Of a stretch of 61,344 nucleotides of DNA, positions 54,781 to 61,344 are shown in pieces. Made by a program: the position numbers and the translations under genes. Source of the stretch: Octopus bimaculoides. Taxonomy: Eukaryota. The notes under the pieces were generated by a model. It worked only from the letters and a program-made list of their open reading frames with translations, was not told the origin of the DNA and did no database searches. Numbering within the stretch: the stretch's first letter is position 1; each line of letters opens with the position of its first letter. The stretch covers positions 47,394,268 to 47,455,611 of the forward strand of contig NC_068992.1 of the NCBI RefSeq assembly GCF_001194135.2, read 5' to 3'.

Positions 54781-54990
54781 TTGTTTCTCACTTAGGCACA
54801 AGGGCAGAACTTTTGAGGGAAGGATTGGTCCATTAAATCAACCCAGTATTTTTATAGGTACTTTGTTTTATTGACCTGGGGTGGATAACAAAGTTGAGTT
54901 CGACAGGATTCAAAATTAGAACATAAAAAGTCGAAAGAAATGCCGCTAAAAAATTTCTAACTCACTAACGACTCCGCCAATTCACCACCT
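54781..54990 (-). mobile_element. SINE family A (diverged)
   Basis: ggcacaagggcagaacttttgagg...ggtactttgttttattgacc...gaaatgccgctaa...ctaacgactccgccaattcaccacct. Confidence 0.68.
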
Positions 54991-55009
54991 CATCATTATT
55001 ATTATTATT

Positions 55010-55510
55010 GGAAGGAGGCACTGAGGGTTCGATGGGGGGGTGAAGAACCAGTGTGAGTGAAGGAGGCCGTAACTATTGTGGTGATAGTGGGTTTGGTAAT
55101 ACATATAAATGAAATGGCTGATGTTGAAGGACCAATGTGAGCTGAACATTTGATGGGCGTGGAACGGATGGTAAGTGTTGAGGGGACGATGATAATTGAA
55201 GAGCCGACGGTGTGGAGGTTAAGCGGCCGATGAATGCTTGAGGGGATGATGGAATTGAAGGAGCAGATGGTTGCTGATGGATGAAATTGAGGGCGGTGAG
55301 GAGACGGTGGTAAACCAGAGGTCAATGGATGTTGAGGAGTTGATAATTGTTTAGGGATAAAGGAGTGTTGAAGGACCAGCGGCGACTAAGGGGTCAGTGT
55401 GTACTAAAGAACAAATGGGTGAAGCCAGGGTGGAAGATGTTAAGGGTCTGCCATGTATGGAGAGTGTTGTGAGGGCGAAGGGTATTAAGATTCCGGAGGG
55501 TACAAAGGAG
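55010..55510. repeat. Degenerate purine-rich ~18 bp minisatellite
   Basis: Recurrent units such as gttgaaggaccaatgtga, gttgaggggacgatgata, cttgaggggatgatggaa, gttgaggagttgataatt and gttgaaggaccagcggcg. Confidence 0.55.
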
Positions 55511-55677
55511 TTGATGTACCACAAAGAACCATGAGAAAAGATTCCTCCCAGTCTAGCAATAAATAGTATACTGACGATAGAATCCTCATATTTGTTTATT
55601 TCAAAACTGTAAATTTATTGATTTATTTACTTAGTATTTATATAATTCTATTTTAGTATATCTGTTTTCTTGGCCAG

Positions 55678-55882
55678 GTGGTATGGACCAATCCAGAATC
55701 AACAATCGTATCTTTGCAAATTCGGCGTATAATTGACGATGTTAGAATCAGTGTGGAACGACCATATATCAAAGATTGGCACCTCCATATAAGGAATGTA
55801 CGGGTGAGTGACAGTGGGGAGTACACGTGTCAAATCAATACAACACCAGTGAAAATGAAGATTATTAATTTAAAAGTTGTAG
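55678..55882 (+). CDS. Coding exon (phase 0 in, phase 1 out): second half of the same Ig domain
   Basis: Acceptor tatctgttttcttggccag, donor gtag|gtaagt at 55883. Translation VVWTNPESTIVSLQIRRIIDDVRISVERPYIKDWHLHIRNVRVSDSGEYTCQINTTPVKMKIINLKVV has the C-strand Trp, WxLxI, DSGxYxC and CQINTxP motifs typical of the first Ig domain of Lachesin/DIP/IgLON proteins. Confidence 0.92.
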
Positions 55883-56200
55883 GTAAGTAGTTTGTTACTT
55901 GTTCCAAATATTCGTCAGCTTGCACTCGCAAAATCTCTTCCACTTATATCTGACATTAAAAATCATTTCAGAAGAGCGTATATTCTGAATGTACTAAGAG
56001 AACACTGCACGTATATCTAAGAGGAAAAATTTTATACTGTTCTTGCAGTATCCTCATATAATCTGATCAGTTTGAATTATGTATTATGTATAGAGATAAA
56101 CTAAAGTTTTATTGTTTATTGTTGAGACTGTACTTATGTCAGTGTAGTAGGTTCTTCAAAGGGTATACCTTGTAGCAATTGCTAATCCTTATTACAGATA

Positions 56201-56512
56201 CGAGGGCAAGCTGTAAAGTTCATAGGATGACTATGAAGGAGTGGGGCTTCAACTATGAAATATTGCATGCATTAATTTCAACTCTTCTTCATACAAGGGT
56301 GGACTGAAAAGTTTATAGGTTGACCCAGATACTCTCATGGAATGTGATCAAATGGGGTTTGTGTTTCAAGATAGACTCCCTTGTGGTCCTCACACTTCGT
56401 CCATCGGCGTTGCTGTTATTAATAAGAAAATTTGGAATTAATACATGCAAGATTTCATAGCTCAAGCATCACACCTTCATAGTCAGCCTATTTATTTTTA
56501 AGCCCACTCTCG
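56201..56512. mobile_element. mariner-type MITE with ~40 bp TIRs and TA duplication, containing a nested similar end
   Basis: Left end tacgagggcaagctgtaaagttcataggatgactatgaagg; right end reverse complement tacgagagtgggcttaaaaataaataggctgactatgaagg. An internal tacaagggtggactgaaaagtttataggttgac lies near 56292. Confidence 0.75.
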
Positions 56513-57325
56513 TAACTGTATTCTTTCTTTCCAGGTAAACTGACGTTTGACAGTTCAAAGAAGACTTCACAAGTAATTAGTAGTGACTTTTCTTGAAAAT
56601 GAACAAATTTTGGCAACGTGGTGTTATCAAGTACCTGCAGAAAAACGGTTTAGCTCCAAATGTATGTGTGTATATATGATATATATACACACATACATAT
56701 ACATATATATGTATGCATGTATGCATGCATGATGTATGTATAAATATAAGTAATGGTCTACGATTAGAATAGCTTATAATATTCATGATGATTTGAGATA
56801 AACGTTGCTTTAAATGTATTTAGATTAACTTAATTTATATTAATTATGTATCTTAATTGTGTAATTATAAACTTGAGGATGTTTATTCCCAAAGAAACAG
56901 CTATTGAAAATGACTAAATTATGAACTGTCTCTGAAATTCATGCTTTTCTACTTGCCATTATATACATTTATACAAAGATACACACACACACATTCCGTG
57001 GGATTTAAAAGAAACAATTTGCATTTACCACACAAGAACGTAACCACACTTCTCTTGAATCCATTTGGGAGAGATGCTGAAGAGGTTACAGGATGTGTGA
57101 CGAAAGATTTAAGACTAAGGACATAATTTTATTTCAGCTTTATCATTTATTCATATTTTTTTGTAAAGAATTTTCAGTTAAACTATATTTTCAAGGTTTA
57201 TCACAAATAAGAGAGATGGTCAAGCACGGATGTCAATGAAAATAGGAATGGTGAGGGTATGTGGTGTTGCTTCTCGAAAATCGTGGAGCTGGTGAAGGAG
57301 TTGGCACTGGGGTGTGTGGTAGTAA

Positions 57326-57386
<61 letters not shown>

Positions 57387-57853
57387 GGTGGTGGTGGTGG
57401 NNNNNNNNNNNNNNNNNNNNNNNNNNNNNNNNNNNNNNNNNNNNNNNNNNNNNNNNNNNNNNNNNNNNNNNNNNNNNNNNNNNNNNNNNNNNNNNNNNNN
57501 NNNNNNNNNNNNNNNNNNNNNNNNNNNNNCTGGTGGCGGCGGTGGTGGTGGTGGTAGTGGTGGTGGTGGTGGTGGTGTAGATAGTGGTGGTGATGGAGGT
57601 GGTGCTTAATGTTAGTAATGATATCGAAAGACGTGATGGAAGTGATAGTAATGGTGGTGGAGGTGTGACGGGTGTGTTAGAGTTAAGGTAGAGATGAATG
57701 GTTATCGACAGCTGAATTCTGCATGAATTACAAGATTTGAGAGTCTATATGTGTAGATACTTGCAAACACACACACAGTCGCGCATATACATACATACAT
57801 ACATACAAACATGCATACATACGCGCGCATGCGCATATATAATAATATATATA

Positions 57854-58071
57854 CGAGGGGGCCTTAAGGATATTGTGGCATTAAGGATATTGCGAAAAGC
57901 CTGACTGGAGGCCCATCCTTCCGAATTTTTTTTTTTCTTCAGGGTTTAGAAAAACTGAAATTCTGCTGCAATAAATGAATCTGAGAGGCGAATATGTTGA
58001 ATAAAATCATAATAAACAGATCCTCCTATGTTGACTTTTACCCGAAGTTAGGAACTCTCATCACCGCCTCG
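57854..58071 (+). mobile_element. mariner deletion derivative (MITE-like) retaining the transposase C-terminus
   Basis: TA-CGAGG...CCTCG-TA termini. Internal atgaatctgagaggcgaatatgttgaataa reads MNLRGEYVE*, the typical mariner C-terminal motif. Confidence 0.7.
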
Positions 58072-58080
58072 TATTTATAT

Positions 58081-58272
58081 AGGCATGGCTGCGGGAAACT
58101 AGTAAGAAGCTAGCTTCTCAACCACATGATCCGGGGTTCAGTTCCACTGCGTAGCATCTTGAGCAAGTATCTTCTACTATAGCCTCGAGCCGACTAAAAC
58201 CTTGTGAGTGGATTTGGCAGACGGAAACTGAAAGAAACCCGTCGTTTGTGTGTGTGTGTTTGTGTGTGTGTT

Positions 58273-58322
<50 letters not shown>

Positions 58323-58545
58323 TATATCTGTTTGTTCTCCATCACTGCTTGATAAAACTGGTGCTCGTATGTTTCCGTCCAAGTAACATAGCGGTTCAGC
58401 AAAAGAGGCAGATAGATAAGAATAAGTATTAGGCTTAAATGATAAGTGATAGGGTCGATTTATTCGAGAAAAGCCCTTCAAGGCGGTGCTCCAGCATGGC
58501 AGCACTCTAATAATTGAAACAAGTCAAAGATAAAAGATAAAAGAT
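58081..58545 (+). mobile_element. SINE family B
   Basis: Colinear with 30035-30447 (caaccacatg..ggggttcag, ggatttggcagacggaaactgaaag, gcggttcagcaaaaga, ccagcatggc, aaagat tail). Confidence 0.85.
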
Positions 58546-58948
58546 ATATGCATGTATGTATACTCTTTTACNNNNNNNNNNNNNNNNNNNNNNNNNNNNN
58601 NNNNNNNNNNNNNNNNNNNNNNNNNNNNNNNNNNNNNNNNNNNNNNNNNNNNNNNNNNNNNNNNNNNNNNNNNNNNNNNNNNNNNNNNNNNNNNNNNNNN
58701 NNNNNNNNNNNNNNNNNNNNNNNNNNNNNNNNNNNNNNNNNNNNNNNNNNNNNNNNNNNNNNNNNNNNNNNNNNNNNNNNNNNNNNNNNNNNNNNNNNNN
58801 NNNNNNNNNNNNNNNNNNNNNNNNNNNNNNNNNNNNNNNNNNNNNNNNNNNNNNNNNNNNNNNNNNNNNNNNNNNNNNNNNNNNNNNNNNNNNNNNNNNN
58901 NNNNNNNNNNNNNNNNNNNNNNNNNNNNNNNNNNNNNNNNNNNNNNNN

Positions 58949-58977
58949 ACTTACCACACAGCCACTCCTGCGCCTAT
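58949..58977 (-). mobile_element. 5' head of an inverted family B SINE; the rest lies in the N gap
   Basis: acttaccacacagccactcctgcgcctat is the reverse complement of the family B head. Directly follows gap 58572-58948. Confidence 0.7.
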
Positions 58978-58991
58978 TGTATGTATGTATG

Positions 58992-59022
<31 letters not shown>

Positions 59023-59782
59023 TATGTATGTATGTATTATGTATGTATGTATGTATGTATAAGCATGTGTTTGTGTGTGTACGTGTGTATTAATTTGCCT
59101 GTTTAAATGATGTTGATGTCACATGATGACGTCAGAGTTTATGGCTGCTTTAATATATTCTAAGGAACCCGAACATATTTAAGGGAAAATCTTGATAGCA
59201 AAAAAAGGTGTTAACCTTTTGTGAATCATAATTATTATTCCAACTTTATCGCGCTCGACCATCGCCATCAGTGCCGGCAGACACCACCGCCACAACCACC
59301 AACACTGTCATCAATACAACCAGAAGTACTACCACTACCACAACCACATCACCACACACGCTACAACAAATACTATCAACTTCACCACCAATACCAGCAC
59401 TGCTGCCACCACAGTCATCATCACCCGCATCACTGTCAACACAACCGCCATCACCACACTCACTACCACCACCACCAACATCACCATCAACAACACCAAC
59501 ACAACCACTGCCATTACAACATTGATCACCCCCCCCCCCACTACCACCGCAACCTTTATCAGCATCATAATACAGATAATACAACCAATGATACCAGAGT
59601 CCCACTGTAACACAGCTAGTACCACTGCNNNNNNNNNNNNNNNNNNNNNNNNNNNNNNNNNNNNNNNNNNNNNNNNNNNNNNNNNNNNNNNNNNNNNNNN
59701 NNNNNNNNNNNNNNNNNNNNNNNNNNNNNNNNNNNNNNNNNNNNNNNNNNNNNNNNNNNNNNNNNNNNNNNNNNNNNNNNNN

Positions 59783-59845
59783 CGACACCGCCACAACCAC
59801 CACCGACACCGCCACAACCACCACCGACACCGCCACAACCACCAC
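59783..59845. repeat. 21 bp tandem repeat x3 (cgacaccgccacaaccaccac) within an ACC/ACT low-complexity tract (about 59250-61030)
   Basis: Read directly after gap 59629-59782. Confidence 0.8.
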
Positions 59846-60119
59846 TACTGCATTCCACCCATCAACCCCAACATCTGACCCCCACTATAACACAACTATT
59901 ACTACCACCACCACCACTATATCTCACCCATCACCGCTAATTTCAAATCCGATCCTGCCAGCATTGTAACGATCAAGACAACACAACCACTACCACCAAC
60001 ACCCTTTTCATCACATACCACTAATACCATCACCGCAACTATAACCACCACCAATATTACTATTACATTTCTACCATTATCACTACAGCTACTGCTACAA
60101 CCACTACTAAGAACATTGA

Positions 60120-60165
<46 letters not shown>

Positions 60166-60181
60166 GCTGCTGCTGAGACTA

Positions 60182-60218
<37 letters not shown>

Positions 60219-60362
60219 TACTACTACTTCTACTACTACTACTACTACCACTACTACTACTACTACTACTAATACTTCTACTACTACTACTACTACTACT
60301 ACTCTAACACATTCGTTGCTCTGGCTACCATGAGTGCACATCCCTGCTCTACCAATACTGTC

Positions 60363-60393
<31 letters not shown>

Positions 60394-61313
60394 CCAATAC
60401 TACGTACACCAATAAATAGCATCGCCACTTATTCATCTAACGCCATTGCCATCAACGGTATTACCACCACCACCAACACCATCACTACCACCACCACCAA
60501 CACCAACAAGTACACTATCACTTCCACTGCCATTACAACTACTCCCACCAACACAACTACCATCACCACCACCACTACCACTACCACCATCAGTTACACC
60601 CCCACAGTCAGTTCCTACTAGCCATACAATTACCAACGTCACCACTCCCCCCACTACCACCGATACGCAAGTACCCCACTAACCTCACCACCGTTACAAC
60701 CACCACAACCAGTTTTTCCACCCTAACCCGTGTTAAACTTATTATAGCAGCCTCACAACTACCACCACAACCATCACCACCATCTCTAGCTCCACTACTA
60801 CTTATATTACTTCTACCGCAACCACCACAAGCTTATCAACCGCCGCACCTTCACAGCCGATACATCTATTACCACCCTACCAAACCTCACAACTACCAAC
60901 ACCTAAACACCCACAACTAGCACCACTACCTATACAAGCACTTCCTCACCCTCCGAACCACTCCGACGTAGCCAACACGTAATAATACCGTCCTACCAAG
61001 CCTCTAACAACCATTCTCTACACCGTCACAGAAATTAACAGAAAACCTACACAGTTATCAAAGTGTTGCAGTATTTTTCTGTTTCTCACCAATAATCAAT
61101 AGAACCAGATATATATTTAACTTTGAAACTACGCCCCAAACCTTAGCAAAATCTCTTCAAGGTATATTTACTGCGAAAATTTCGAAAATGTCAATTGTAC
61201 GTACATACATACATACATACATACATGCATACATACATACATACATACACATATACATATATACATACATACATGCATACGCATAGATATATATTTGTAT
61301 GTGTGTTCTTATA

Positions 61314-61344
<31 letters not shown>

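Noticed and set aside
61090-61165. Possible next Ig exon (AG acceptors near 61107 and donor-like aag|gtatat)
   Set aside because: Phase 1 reading hits a TAG stop and shows no Ig motif.

Overview
Eukaryotic, AT-rich and extremely microsatellite-rich genomic DNA with 16 N-gaps, most flanked by simple repeats. The SINE families and (TA/CA/AAT/GAT)n density look like an Octopus (coleoid cephalopod) short-read assembly; this is inferred from recalled repeat families, not from a search. The only host coding sequence I can support is two + strand exons (40819-40925 and 55678-55882) separated by a 14.75 kb GT-AG intron. They splice in frame into one complete N-terminal Ig domain of the Lachesin/DIP/Dpr/IgLON type. 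The signal-peptide exon and downstream exons were not located. The rest is a layered transposon graveyard: Tc1/mariner relics and MITEs, R4/Dong-like, RTE-like and L1/Tx1-like LINE fragments, Penelope-like element (PLE) fragments, and at least four tRNA-headed SINE families (my labels A-D). Most interesting signals: a near-intact PLE-type hammerhead ribozyme antisense within the Ig-gene intron, a SINE sharing its 3' tail with the Tx1-like LINE, chains of retroelements joined through (AAT)n microsatellites (one ending 18 nt before a coding exon), and a strong antisense bias of retroelements in the intron. Nearly all ORFs in the supplied track are microsatellite or N-gap artefacts. Boundaries of decayed elements are approximate.
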